Shown: positions 21,599 through 32,113 of the stretch, piece after piece | Layout: each line of letters opens with the position of its first letter | How positions within the stretch are numbered: the first letter of the stretch is position 1 | Source of the DNA: a virus | Strand: one strand, 5' to 3' | Length of the DNA stretch: 64,000 nucleotides | Virus record (IMG/VR): IMGVR_UViG_3300010885_049871 | Span: 25,551 to 89,550 of that record | Made by a program: the position numbers and the translations under genes | Notes under the pieces: model-generated | The model's input: the letters and a program-made list of their open reading frames with translations, nothing else | The model's database searches: none | What the model was told of the DNA's origin: nothing

Positions 21599-22809
21599 AC
21601 ATACCACATGATACTTTTTGTGTACTACCTTGGATCAGCTTAGAAGCAAGTCCGGTAGGAACAGTCCGGCCTTGTTGTTTGGCAATGGACGAAATTGCAG
21701 ACAACAACGGCAACAAATATAAGTTGTCCAACACCAGCCTGGTAGAAATACAAAACAGTACAGCAATGAAAACGCTGCGTGAAGATTTCCTTGCTGGTAA
21801 AAAACCACAAAACTGCCGGCGTTGTTGGAACGAAGAACGTGCCGGACGTACAAGTAAACGTATGCATACACTGGAAAGACTCAAGCACATGATTGACAGC
21901 AATGTATCTTGGACCACGGATGCAATGCCACTGATGTTTCTTGATCTAAAATTAGGAAACATTTGCAATTTGAAATGTCGTATATGCGGATCTTGGAGTA
22001 GTAGTCAGTTTGCAGCAGAAGAAATCAAATTTAATCGTCATGAAGAAACCCGCAGCAGTTTCGCTTATCAGATGTTGAAAGACGGCGCATGGCCCAGGGA
22101 AAGTGCTGAATTTTGGGCAGACTTGGATCGACATCTGGACAACATTCGTTACATTGAGTTCACTGGTGGTGAACCATTCATGATCAAAGAACATTTTCAA
22201 CTGCTGCAAAAATTAGTAGATACAGGTCGCGCTGCACAAGTTGAAATACACTACAACACCAATGGCACACAGTACCCCGAAGAAGGTGAAGCAATTTGGA
22301 AACATTTCAAACATGTGGAAATTGCACTGAGCATTGACGATGTTGAACACCGATTTGAATATCAGCGCAGCAATGCAGTCTGGGCCGATGTGGTCGAAAA
22401 TACAGAACGCTTTAGACAACTACGCAGTCGCAACAACAACATTACATTGCAGGCTTGTTGCACCATTAATGTGTTCAATGTGTATTATCTTGAAACAGTT
22501 GCCGACTGGCTAATACAACAAAAGTTTGATTTTATATATTGGAATATGATGCATGATGCCTATTACTTCAGCATCAGTACACTGCCCGAAAGAGCCAAAA
22601 CAGTAATTACAAAACAATTGACCTTGGCTGATGTTCCGGCCAAAATACTGTCAGAATTTGTCAGCGCCGCAGAATTTATGAATCGTGGCAACAGTTTAGA
22701 TGGACAATTGTTACGAATGAACATACAGGACCTTGACCGTAAACGACAACAAAATCTAGCAGATGTAGAACCCGAGTTTGCAGCATTAATTGATTATGTC
22801 AAAGCCTGA
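21595..22809 (+). CDS. N-terminal twitch-domain radical SAM protein
   Basis: CVLPW..PCC..CRRC; core CNLKCRIC. Confidence 0.85.
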   Translation: MNIPHDTFCVLPWISLEASPVGTVRPCCLAMDEIADNNGNKYKLSNTSLVEIQNSTAMKTLREDFLAGKKPQNCRRCWNEERAGRTSKRMHTLERLKHMIDSNVSWTTDAMPLMFLDLKLGNICNLKCRICGSWSSSQFAAEEIKFNRHEETRSSFAYQMLKDGAWPRESAEFWADLDRHLDNIRYIEFTGGEPFMIKEHFQLLQKLVDTGRAAQVEIHYNTNGTQYPEEGEAIWKHFKHVEIALSIDDVEHRFEYQRSNAVWADVVENTERFRQLRSRNNNITLQACCTINVFNVYYLETVADWLIQQKFDFIYWNMMHDAYYFSISTLPERAKTVITKQLTLADVPAKILSEFVSAAEFMNRGNSLDGQLLRMNIQDLDRKRQQNLADVEPEFAALIDYVKA

Positions 22810-24088
22810 AACACTATGTATGGCGCCGTGGACTCACACTTATTTAAGTCCGCAAACTGAACGCAGAATGTGCTGTGCCAGCCGAGAGCCCGCACAAAGT
22901 TTTACACAGTACATTGATACCCAAGCTGGCACAGGCCGATACACTCCCATTACACTGGATCAACACTGGAACAGTGAGCATATGAAGAGTGTGCGCCGTC
23001 GTATGATGGCCGGAGAAACACTGCCAGAATGTGATGTATGCAACAACAAACTGCTGAATACCAATGTTTACCGTAGCTATTTCTGGAGTATGTTCAAACA
23101 TAAGTACTCTAGCATTTGGGAAACTACCAATGACGACGGCAGCACCAGCATGTTGCCAGTCAGTTGGGACTACAGATTCAGTAACTTATGCAATTTCAAA
23201 TGCCGCATGTGCGGTGACATGTTGAGCAGTGCATGGGAAAGCGAACAGCGCCAGCACAACATGATTGATTGGTCCAACTCAAAGAACAATTGGATGCAAA
23301 CTGAGGTCAGAAAGGATATCTCCCGGTTTCAAGATCAACAAATTGAAGCAGAATTTGCGCAGGCTGTTGAAGAACACCGCGTTGAAGAAGTGTATTGGGT
23401 TGGTGGCGAGCCTTTGATGTACGAACAACATTGGCGCTATATGAAACGCATTGTTGAACTTGGAGATGGGCATAAAGTTTATGCGAGATATAATACTAAC
23501 CTTTCGAGAATTAATTATCGTGGTGTCGATCTCTTTGATGGGATTCTACATGGCCTTCGTGATTGGCAAATCTGTGCGAGCCTCGATGGCACACAACGCA
23601 TTGGTGAATATATTAGAACAGGCCTTGACTATGCTGGCTGGCGCAAAAATTACGATAGAGCAGTTGCAGCAAGAACTAACAGACGCCAGGTTAGAATCGA
23701 CTTCACTCTTACCCTGCCGGGAATGTTTGAAATTGAAAACATTGTGCAACTTGCACAACAAACAGACACCGACATCTTAGCAAAAGTGGTATTTGCGTTT
23801 TCTCCGGACATTGTAATGAGCCCGTTGGCCTTGCCGCGGCGCCTGCTTGATCCGTGGCTGGATGAGTTAATAGACTCTTGCTCAGATGCAATGCAAGATA
23901 TTCTGGTGCAATTAAAAACCCGGCCAACCTTTGAAGAACAATGGCCAGACACTTGGCAAGCAGGCCTTGTTCAAGGCAAGCAGCGTGTGTTAAAGCTAGA
24001 ACAAATTCGCGAAGATAAATTTACAATGGCCGATATACTAGCAGGGCGTCCTGATGTATTAAAATGGTGGAATCAAATTGACTGTTAA
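22796..24088 (+). CDS. N-terminal twitch-domain radical SAM protein
   Basis: CMAPW..MCC..CDVC; core CNFKCRMC. Confidence 0.85.
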   Translation: MSKPETLCMAPWTHTYLSPQTERRMCCASREPAQSFTQYIDTQAGTGRYTPITLDQHWNSEHMKSVRRRMMAGETLPECDVCNNKLLNTNVYRSYFWSMFKHKYSSIWETTNDDGSTSMLPVSWDYRFSNLCNFKCRMCGDMLSSAWESEQRQHNMIDWSNSKNNWMQTEVRKDISRFQDQQIEAEFAQAVEEHRVEEVYWVGGEPLMYEQHWRYMKRIVELGDGHKVYARYNTNLSRINYRGVDLFDGILHGLRDWQICASLDGTQRIGEYIRTGLDYAGWRKNYDRAVAARTNRRQVRIDFTLTLPGMFEIENIVQLAQQTDTDILAKVVFAFSPDIVMSPLALPRRLLDPWLDELIDSCSDAMQDILVQLKTRPTFEEQWPDTWQAGLVQGKQRVLKLEQIREDKFTMADILAGRPDVLKWWNQIDC

Positions 24089-25181
24089 AATTGTACTACG
24101 CAATCCGTTGAAACACAGTGATCAGGTCGACTATACCATACTACCTGCAGACAATGCATTGGCACAAGATTGGATACCTGCTCTCAAAACACTGTTACAA
24201 TCTGGCAACCTGCTGGAAAAAAACTTTTGTTTTATGGGATTTTCCAAAACAGCTCGCACACTTGATTATCTGTGTGGCGAAGTTAACCAAGCTGCCAGTG
24301 TAATAAACAACTTCTTTGGTGACTACAAAATTGAAGAAACATACTTGCCTGCCAATGTCACGACAACCGGCCCATGGTCACAAAATCCTGATAAAATTGT
24401 ACAACATGTCAATCATGACATGTTAAACAGGCTTCACAACCACTTTGAAGTGCTGCAAGGTACTGTAAACAATTTAAGCAACTACTACCAACGGGCCGAC
24501 TACAACACCAAGTACGCTATAAGACAATTGAACAATGTCTGTCACGAAATGGAGTCGTTGATACTCAGTCGGCGCAAAGCAGACACTACGCCGTATTGGG
24601 TGCGCCCCAGTCAAATTACTACATTCTTAGCAGCAGCTCGCTATGATCTAAAACCTGCACATAGATCGGGCTTTGTAACCAACGGATATGACCGAGTGTT
24701 AGGTGGTGTTTACATGCACTGGGCACAGATAGGCAAAACACTATTTGAAGTGTTTCGTGACGAACATGCGCCAGCACTCACTGCAACAGTATGCAAAGCT
24801 ATTACAGAATTAAAATATTACAGCGGTGAGTTTGATATAGAATGGGGAAACGATGTGGTTTACGACGGCGATCAACCTTGGCATAATGATCAACAAGACG
24901 AATTTAAAAAATGGTTAATTGCCAATGGTCGCGACCCGCAAGATTCAGCGTTGAGTTTAGGATACCTACCCGTTGGTCAAGTGCAGTTACAGCAAAGTTT
25001 TGGCACAACTGATTATCAAGCCATTTGGGATATACTGAGTTTACACTTGGATATATACAAGATAGAAATAGACGGTGTCGCCAGCACATTTGATTACTGC
25101 TGGACTGACGTGGATTACAAGCAAAAACAAATTGATATGATGCGGCCTGGCTATGACTATTCATCAAGGAAAACAACATGA
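24078..25181 (+). CDS. Hypothetical protein
   Basis: 367 aa; LNRLHNHFE and LNNVCHEME His/Glu motifs; coupled to neighbours. Confidence 0.6.
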   Translation: MTVKIVLRNPLKHSDQVDYTILPADNALAQDWIPALKTLLQSGNLLEKNFCFMGFSKTARTLDYLCGEVNQAASVINNFFGDYKIEETYLPANVTTTGPWSQNPDKIVQHVNHDMLNRLHNHFEVLQGTVNNLSNYYQRADYNTKYAIRQLNNVCHEMESLILSRRKADTTPYWVRPSQITTFLAAARYDLKPAHRSGFVTNGYDRVLGGVYMHWAQIGKTLFEVFRDEHAPALTATVCKAITELKYYSGEFDIEWGNDVVYDGDQPWHNDQQDEFKKWLIANGRDPQDSALSLGYLPVGQVQLQQSFGTTDYQAIWDILSLHLDIYKIEIDGVASTFDYCWTDVDYKQKQIDMMRPGYDYSSRKTT

Positions 25182-25279
25182 ACTGGATTAAAAATTTAAT
25201 TGGCCGTATCCGCTTAGAAATACGCTATCGTAAAAAACTCAAAGAACTTCGCAAACGAGATCCGTTTATCTACAAATGA
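25178..25279 (+). CDS. 33-aa basic peptide ending RDPFIYK, coupled to the carbamoyltransferase
   Basis: Own translation MNWIKNLIGRIRLEIRYRKKLKELRKRDPFIYK; ATGA overlaps at both ends. Confidence 0.7.
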   Translation: MNWIKNLIGRIRLEIRYRKKLKELRKRDPFIYK

Positions 25280-26790
25280 AATTAAAAAAGTATTTGGGAA
25301 TCAGCGCCGGCTATCACGATGCTGCTGTCAGCATGATCGACTCTTACGGATCTGTTCTGTTTGCTGGTCATGCAGAACGCTATAGCAAGAGCAAGAATGA
25401 CGCACACCTAAATGATGAATTAGTGGCAGCAGCACTGAGTCACGGCACACCAGACCAAGTGGTCTACTACGAACGTCCATGGATCAAAAAACTACAACAA
25501 CTTTACTCCGGGCAATATCATGAAGCGTTTGATCTTAATTCTTTTACTCTTGGTCAGTATCTCCGTAAACATCTATCTGCTGGTCCACATCTCAGCACTT
25601 TACTACATGCTGAACACTGTTACACAGGACACCATGCTGCCCACGCCGCCGCGGGATTTCAGACCAGCCCCTACAACAGAGCCACAGTGGTTGTGATAGA
25701 TGCTGTAGGAGAACTAGACACCATAACCATTTGGGGCGCTGAATACAACTCCGCAGGCCGAGCAACTTATAAAAAACTTTGGTCCCGCGGATATCCGCAC
25801 AGTATAGGATTGTTTTACAGTGCAGTCACTGCTCGAGTGGGTCTTAGGCCATTAGACGAAGAATACATTCTAATGGGCATGGCTGCGTACGGACAAAACA
25901 ATATCAGCAATCGACTACGCTACGATCTCGTCGACCATGAATATGAAATTCGGTTTAAAGAAAATTTACACGCAGGGCTCGAAGCCAAGTATCTAAGTGA
26001 TTATTCGGACTTTGACATTGCAGCGGCAGCACAAAGCCTGGCTGAAGATCTTATTTTGAATGTAATGTTTCGTGCAAAAAAATTGGACTGGAGCAACAAT
26101 CTAGTGTATATGGGTGGTGTTGCTCTTAACTGTAGTGCCAATCGACTTATTGGAAATTATTTTGACAATATTTGGATCATGCCAAGCCCGGGCGATAGCG
26201 GCAGCAGTCTTGGTGCCGCAGCATTGGCCCACGGTGGCCGTATTAATTGGACGGACGCTTTCTTGGGTGACAGCATTGGTGGTAAATATCCTGTTAATGC
26301 TATTCTGGACACACTGGTTACAGACCGCATTGTGGGCGTGGCCTCAGGCCGTGCAGAATTTGGGCCGCGAGCACTGGGCAATCGCAGTTTACTAGCAGAT
26401 CCGCGTGGCCCAGATATAAAGGATCAAGTGAATGAGATCAAACGCAGACAACAATTCAGACCATTTGCGCCAGTTATCCTTGAAGAATACGCTGATCAGT
26501 ATTTTGATATGCCTAGGGGTTTCAGCAACAGTAGGTATATGCAGGCAGTCGCTGTCTGCCGCCATCCTGATCTTTTTCCTGCTATTGTGCATCATGATGG
26601 TACTAGTAGAGTGCAGACAGTTCCTGCGGATGGTTCAGGCATTAGAGAACTACTGGAAAAGTGGTTTGTAATGACTGGTTGTCCCATGCTGCTGAACACC
26701 AGTCTTAACATACGCGGAGAGCCCGTGGTAAATGACAGATCCGACGCTGATCGCTTTGAACAATTGTACGGAGTAAAGGTCCATTCATAA
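25276..26790 (+). CDS. Carbamoyltransferase (NodU/CmcH/TobZ family)
   Basis: HDAA, ERY..K, HH.AHA, GGVALN, EFGPRALGNRS, RPFAP, H.DGT.R.QTV, LNTS.N..GEP. Confidence 0.93.
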   Translation: MKLKKYLGISAGYHDAAVSMIDSYGSVLFAGHAERYSKSKNDAHLNDELVAAALSHGTPDQVVYYERPWIKKLQQLYSGQYHEAFDLNSFTLGQYLRKHLSAGPHLSTLLHAEHCYTGHHAAHAAAGFQTSPYNRATVVVIDAVGELDTITIWGAEYNSAGRATYKKLWSRGYPHSIGLFYSAVTARVGLRPLDEEYILMGMAAYGQNNISNRLRYDLVDHEYEIRFKENLHAGLEAKYLSDYSDFDIAAAAQSLAEDLILNVMFRAKKLDWSNNLVYMGGVALNCSANRLIGNYFDNIWIMPSPGDSGSSLGAAALAHGGRINWTDAFLGDSIGGKYPVNAILDTLVTDRIVGVASGRAEFGPRALGNRSLLADPRGPDIKDQVNEIKRRQQFRPFAPVILEEYADQYFDMPRGFSNSRYMQAVAVCRHPDLFPAIVHHDGTSRVQTVPADGSGIRELLEKWFVMTGCPMLLNTSLNIRGEPVVNDRSDADRFEQLYGVKVHS

Positions 26791-27338
26791 TGGCCAAATT
26801 TACACAAGTAGATGATCGTGGTAGACTCTGGCAAGTTGATGACTTGTTACCCCGAGAACAAGCGGATGAAATAGTCAGCACGGACTGGTCCACCATGGCT
26901 ACTAGTTTAAGCAGTGGGCAAGAATCTTGGCCCCGTCAACAAATCAATTGGGACGATGCCACTGCTCGGCGTTACAGCGGATACATCAATCATTGCTTGC
27001 CTGAAATTAATGCTGCACTGGGCACAGAGTTTAAATCAATGGGCGGCCATTTCTGGATAGATGTTCCGGGGTTTGATGTTGCAATGCACACCGACGGACA
27101 TGTACCTAACAGTATGCAGTTGTATTGGACAGTGCCCAGCGAAGCTTATGGCACTGGATTTTATCGTTATAAACACCCAGAGAGCCTGTTGTATCAATTT
27201 CTAAGCCGACCCAATTCAGGCTATATCATGCTTAACCATCTGGCCGAAGACGGCAGTCAACCACTACTTTGGCACGCTATGCTTAATCCTGTGCCAGAAG
27301 GTACCATTAGAGTTTCTAGTTACTGGCGTTTTACTTAA
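26790..27338 (+). CDS. 2OG-Fe(II) oxygenase-like protein
   Basis: HTD ... WHAM ... RVS triad pattern. Confidence 0.6.
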   Translation: MAKFTQVDDRGRLWQVDDLLPREQADEIVSTDWSTMATSLSSGQESWPRQQINWDDATARRYSGYINHCLPEINAALGTEFKSMGGHFWIDVPGFDVAMHTDGHVPNSMQLYWTVPSEAYGTGFYRYKHPESLLYQFLSRPNSGYIMLNHLAEDGSQPLLWHAMLNPVPEGTIRVSSYWRFT

Positions 27339-27346
27339 AATAAATT

Positions 27347-28123
27347 ATGAAACTACCGTTTATAACAGCAGTTGTACTTGTGGCTAGCAGCTGGGCAAAT
27401 GCCGCAACCAGTGTTTGGGTCTACAATCAAACCCAGGATGCAATTGTGCTAAATCAACAAGCCAATACTGTTAGACCCATTGCATCTATTACCAAACTGA
27501 TGACAGCAATGGTGGCTCTGGATCATGATCCGGTGTTGAGTCGCAGTGTAAAACTTAGTGATCGTGTGGGCAGCAAGTTGCCACCGGGTCAGTACACACG
27601 CCGACAGTTGTTTGATGCCATGCTGGTCAGCAGCAATAATGCAGCAGCAGAAACATTGGCACAAGACTATCCCGGTGGACGATCAGCGTTTGTTCAAGCA
27701 ATGAATCGTCGTGCCAGTGGCCTGGGTATGACAAGCACTCGATTTCAAGATCCGTCAGGACTGAGTCGAAACAATGTGGGCACTGCGGGGGACATGGGCA
27801 CCTTGGTCACAACTGCCGGCAAGTATGCACTGATCCGAGAAATCAGTGTGCAACGACAGATTCAAATTGAATCACATTTTAAAAAACGCATTCGGGTAAT
27901 TTCTTTGCCCAACACCAACCAGCCTCTGTTGTTTGATTTTGATAACATACATGTTAGTAAAACAGGATTTACTAATCCAGCCGGTTGGTGTGTGGCATTG
28001 TTGGTAGAAAAAAACAAACAGACGTTTGCTATAGTAGTGTTGGGTGCTGAAAACAAATCCAAGAGATTAGACACAATAAAAGATTTGATGTACAATCACA
28101 TCAGTGACACAATAGAATTCTGA
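27347..28123 (+). CDS. D-Ala-D-Ala endo/carboxypeptidase (peptidase S11, PBP7-like), secreted
   Basis: Signal peptide; SxxK (ASITK), SxN (SSNN) and KTG motifs. Confidence 0.9.
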   Translation: MKLPFITAVVLVASSWANAATSVWVYNQTQDAIVLNQQANTVRPIASITKLMTAMVALDHDPVLSRSVKLSDRVGSKLPPGQYTRRQLFDAMLVSSNNAAAETLAQDYPGGRSAFVQAMNRRASGLGMTSTRFQDPSGLSRNNVGTAGDMGTLVTTAGKYALIREISVQRQIQIESHFKKRIRVISLPNTNQPLLFDFDNIHVSKTGFTNPAGWCVALLVEKNKQTFAIVVLGAENKSKRLDTIKDLMYNHISDTIEF

Positions 28124-29115
28124 GAGTTTTTTTGTCCGCAAGTGTCATTGCAAATTTTTAAACGCCCGTCAGCAAATGTGGGCTTGCTCCAAGACTCTGA
28201 CACATGGTTGAACCACTCAATGCATGTGGCCAAATCATGCTCATTGGCATTGTTGTGTTCAATTAGGTCTTTGTATTGATAATTTTCAGGTTTGTTAAAC
28301 TCTTTGGGGTTGTAGCCCATGTGGCAGCATGGATAAACTCCGCCAGTGCTGTCAACATACACTGAGCGCATGGCCTGAACTTCGCACACAATAGGATCAT
28401 TGATTTTGCCTGTGAGCATAACAGGCATGGCAGGCCGCCGAGTCCGCCCGTCTAACAATTGAGTTAAATCAACCTTGCCAATTTTGCCCATGGTGTACAC
28501 CAGTTTGCCGCGATTGTTGAACACCGGTGAATTGTTGCTGGATCGGCCTGGCTGTAGAAAAAACATTTCAAACCCCAATTGTTTACTTAATTCTTCGGCT
28601 TCTCCCAGTTGGTGTGCATTATGATCAAACTCTATCATTTTCCATACAGCTCTGCCACCGTTGTTGATTACAGTCTGTGCATTTTTAATCACAGTGGAGA
28701 ACACAGTATTTTGTCTATAAATGCTGTGAGTGTCTTCAAGACCGTCGATGCAGAAAAAAATCTGTACTTGTAGTTCAGCCAGTCTGGTCCAGAACTGTTT
28801 GTCTCTTGCACCACCATTGGTGGATATATTGATACGGATATTGGGATTTTGTTCTAAGAAATATTCTATAATTGGCACAGTGTCCGGGTTCATTACAGCA
28901 TCACCAAAATTAACATTGATAGACATGCCTGTTAACTGTTGTAAAAAATCTGGTTGAAATATTTGTTTGGCTTCAGCCAAGGTCATGTTGTGTTCAACAT
29001 ACCCTGCGTTGAATGGATATCCATGTAGATTCCGCGGACACAACGGACAACTAGCATTGCAGTAACTAGAAATTTCCAAGTGTAGATGTCGTACATCCTC
29101 AATGCGGTAAATCAT
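28096..29115 (-). CDS. Radical SAM/SPASM-domain protein
   Basis: CNASCPLC; C-terminal C..YVD..G.VYPCC..C..TC; start at MIYRIED. Confidence 0.85.
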   Translation of the reverse strand: MIYRIEDVRHLHLEISSYCNASCPLCPRNLHGYPFNAGYVEHNMTLAEAKQIFQPDFLQQLTGMSINVNFGDAVMNPDTVPIIEYFLEQNPNIRINISTNGGARDKQFWTRLAELQVQIFFCIDGLEDTHSIYRQNTVFSTVIKNAQTVINNGGRAVWKMIEFDHNAHQLGEAEELSKQLGFEMFFLQPGRSSNNSPVFNNRGKLVYTMGKIGKVDLTQLLDGRTRRPAMPVMLTGKINDPIVCEVQAMRSVYVDSTGGVYPCCHMGYNPKEFNKPENYQYKDLIEHNNANEHDLATCIEWFNHVSESWSKPTFADGRLKICNDTCGQKNSQNSIVSLM

Positions 29116-30131
29116 AGATAACTTTCTAATCCACCTTTTCTTGTTAGATCTTGTGTGCAACAGCTGATACCGCCGTCCCAGAAATAACTGTGCCTTAGTT
29201 CGCTGATGATGGGATTGATCTTGTGTTTTTTGCAAAAATCAAAAACATCTCTGTTGTATGCACTAAAAATAACATTTTGTTCGTCCAACACCAAACAGTT
29301 GACATCAAACACTGTTTCGGCAACAAAACCAGTCCATTTGTTCAAGTAAGTGTTTACAAAGTCTGTAAACTCTGCTGTGGGTGTCTGTCCTTGCACATAC
29401 CATGCACCCGGGCTTTGTTCGTATTTGAATTTGCCTATTTCCATTGCAGCCCAGATGCTGCTATCCCAAATTTTTAGCACTTCCCACCCAGGAAAGTCTG
29501 TGGCAAGATGTAGCTGTGCATCATGCTTACTGGATAAGATCACACCAGGTTTGAGAATAGCAAACACTGCATCTCCGTGTCCGTCTGTGATGGCTTCATG
29601 TATGCGATACTCCGGGCCAAGACAATTGTCAACAATCCATCGTGTTTGTTCAGGTTTTAAGTAATCACTATTGTCAAAGAACACATCACGGCCCACACGC
29701 ACAATACAACTAGCGCTTGCGCCGTTCAATATACAATCTGGATTCCAATCTTTTCCATGCGGGTTAACAACTTGATCAGCATACTCTGCACAAATGTCGT
29801 CTAGTTCTTGTATTGGTAAAACACGCAATAGCTTTTGACCAAGACTAATTTGCCAGTCTCTGGGTGTCAACGGCGGCAACGGTGCACCTTCGCCGTCGGA
29901 CTGTTGTTGTTGGAATTCGTGTATATCTGGAAGATTTGGCCTTCTGACACGAGCACCAAATGTTTCGATTGTCTTTTGTAGGTTGTTTAAATCTTCTTCG
30001 GTTTCACTTAGAATTTGTTGTAGTTGATTGCGCACCTGTGGATCTTCAATGAAGTCAAAGTAGTCTGGGCTGTATGCACGACCTACAATAACTTCTTCTA
30101 AGGGCTGCCAACTGGTATAGGAATTAATCAT
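29112..30131 (-). CDS. Amidinotransferase (glycine/inosamine-phosphate amidinotransferase family)
   Basis: W.PLEEVIVG, PRD, GH.D..F, RH..FWDGGISCCT catalytic end. Confidence 0.8.
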   Translation of the reverse strand: MINSYTSWQPLEEVIVGRAYSPDYFDFIEDPQVRNQLQQILSETEEDLNNLQKTIETFGARVRRPNLPDIHEFQQQQSDGEGAPLPPLTPRDWQISLGQKLLRVLPIQELDDICAEYADQVVNPHGKDWNPDCILNGASASCIVRVGRDVFFDNSDYLKPEQTRWIVDNCLGPEYRIHEAITDGHGDAVFAILKPGVILSSKHDAQLHLATDFPGWEVLKIWDSSIWAAMEIGKFKYEQSPGAWYVQGQTPTAEFTDFVNTYLNKWTGFVAETVFDVNCLVLDEQNVIFSAYNRDVFDFCKKHKINPIISELRHSYFWDGGISCCTQDLTRKGGLESYL

Positions 30132-30144
30132 ATTTTATTTAATG

Positions 30145-30927
30145 TTAGTTAAGTACGACAAGATTATTTTTAGTCAAATAAGGTAAGAGCACATCACGTG
30201 TCCAGTTGAAATGAGCGTCAGGCGAAGGGTGATGATCGTGTGGTATACGCATCTTATTTATAGAGGCATACTCTCCTAATGTTAATAGATTTGCCATTAA
30301 TTGTTGATACCTTATACCCAACTTAGGATCAGTTAATATACGTTTATCTACAGTAGAATCCCATTCTAAGAATACAAATTTAAAATTTAAATTAGCAAGA
30401 TAGTTGGCCAGCGATATTATTTTTATAAAAGAATCAAATACTTGTGCGTTAGAATCAATTAACGTAAGATATTGTTGGCATAATAATGTTACATTTTTGT
30501 CAGGCTGCTGCCCACTCCAAGTCTTCAAATCAGATTTCATTGACCCAATTCGTAATGAAGATAATTGATTATTATATAGATGGGTCTCCATGTTACTCCA
30601 TGATTTAACTACATCGACACTAGCTGTGATATCGACTCTTTCGAGCCCGGACCACATAATAATCACAAGTGTGTTATCCGGGGATATAGTTGCATTAGTT
30701 TCTATTTCGTTGATGATACTATTAAATGTATGATTACATCCTGAACCTGGTTGACTACAGTCTAATACAGTATCAAACTGAGCAAGATCTCTAAGATAAT
30801 AAGGCCAGGTGCATAAGTGTTCTTCTGAATTATTCCAAGTATAGCTACATCCACTTACTAATAAATTTGTGTAAGGTGTTTGGTAAATTGGTGAAAACAC
30901 GCGGGCAAGGTCTCGTTGTTTAGACAT
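30145..30927 (-). CDS. SGNH-like hypothetical protein (AT-rich)
   Basis: SGCSYT...W, WSG..R, HPS..AH. Confidence 0.5.
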   Translation of the reverse strand: MSKQRDLARVFSPIYQTPYTNLLVSGCSYTWNNSEEHLCTWPYYLRDLAQFDTVLDCSQPGSGCNHTFNSIINEIETNATISPDNTLVIIMWSGLERVDITASVDVVKSWSNMETHLYNNQLSSLRIGSMKSDLKTWSGQQPDKNVTLLCQQYLTLIDSNAQVFDSFIKIISLANYLANLNFKFVFLEWDSTVDKRILTDPKLGIRYQQLMANLLTLGEYASINKMRIPHDHHPSPDAHFNWTRDVLLPYLTKNNLVVLN

Positions 30928-32113
30928 TGTATATTCTTTCTAATAGAGTATTTAATCTGCCAGATTTTGTACTGCAAAATAACTGTTGATTGTATTCAAT
31001 GTCACTGCGGCAACTTTCAAACCATGTGTGCAAGTCTTGTGACTTTATGTGTGCAATTGCCGATCGAACAGCAATCCAGCGTTCAGTATTGTTTTGTATG
31101 CTATCGTAACTGTTGTCTATAGCATGATCAAATGTACGATAACCCATCTTTCTCAGTGCGGCCAATGAACCCGGGCAACCTATTATAACAAAAGGCTGTC
31201 CGTGTTTGATTGCCTTGAATGTTTTTTCAGTTAAGAATGCGCCACCAGATCCGTCAGCATCAAAGTGAGTTTCTAGCACTATGTTACAGTAACTTTCTGC
31301 GTGGTGATCAATTTCAATTATATGATGATCGTTATGTTGTGATGCAGTTTTTGCATCACAAGTGTATGGACCATTGGATAAAAATTCTGTGATGTCTGAA
31401 CGAATACCCAAGGTATCTACTTCAATGGGATTGTCTGTTTCGGATTCATCCAATGCTATGTCAGTTCCGTAACTCCAGTAGCTATTTTCTAATAGTCCTG
31501 CACGATGTAAGTCGGTCATCACAGTGGCTCGCCACCATTTGTGTGTTCTGCTGAGCACAGTAAAATTGTGTGTTCGACGTTTGGAATGTATAGGGGTTGG
31601 AGCAATTTGGCGATTGCGATGCCAGTACAGCAGTTCGTGATCAGAAAAGTACACAAAATTTTTGATCTTGTCGGCTGCTGTGTTACCACTGATAAACCGG
31701 TAGCAGGTTGACGGCAATTGATGATGTTGACACAGGTCATCCAACCGCTGTTTGATATGATACGGATTGTCGCCTTCGTGATAGTAGAACAACACAGTCA
31801 GTTGTTCCTGCTGCAATTGCTGACGAGTTGTGGTCGACATCAATGCAAAGTAATCAACATCAAAATTAAAAAAACCTATGCCTACCGTGTAGTATGGAAT
31901 GGTAGTATTGTCGACAGTGTTGAACTCGCACAAGTTATAGTCAATGCCATGCGTATTAAAATGTTCGTACAGTTCAACCGGTACAGTGTTGGGCCACTGT
32001 TGAACAAATTGTCTCCAGGCAGCAGTATAAGGTTCAGCTGACCATTTTGCTAATTCTGGATATGCTTTGTGTTTGACAACACGGCTGGCTACAAAATTAT
32101 TTGAGTAACCCAT
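30920..32113 (-). CDS. Putative glycosyltransferase (GT10-like C-terminal module)
   Basis: IVLET...FLTEKTFKAI...PF...GYRTF...DNSYD. Confidence 0.5.
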   Translation of the reverse strand: MGYSNNFVASRVVKHKAYPELAKWSAEPYTAAWRQFVQQWPNTVPVELYEHFNTHGIDYNLCEFNTVDNTTIPYYTVGIGFFNFDVDYFALMSTTTRQQLQQEQLTVLFYYHEGDNPYHIKQRLDDLCQHHQLPSTCYRFISGNTAADKIKNFVYFSDHELLYWHRNRQIAPTPIHSKRRTHNFTVLSRTHKWWRATVMTDLHRAGLLENSYWSYGTDIALDESETDNPIEVDTLGIRSDITEFLSNGPYTCDAKTASQHNDHHIIEIDHHAESYCNIVLETHFDADGSGGAFLTEKTFKAIKHGQPFVIIGCPGSLAALRKMGYRTFDHAIDNSYDSIQNNTERWIAVRSAIAHIKSQDLHTWFESCRSDIEYNQQLFCSTKSGRLNTLLERIYNV

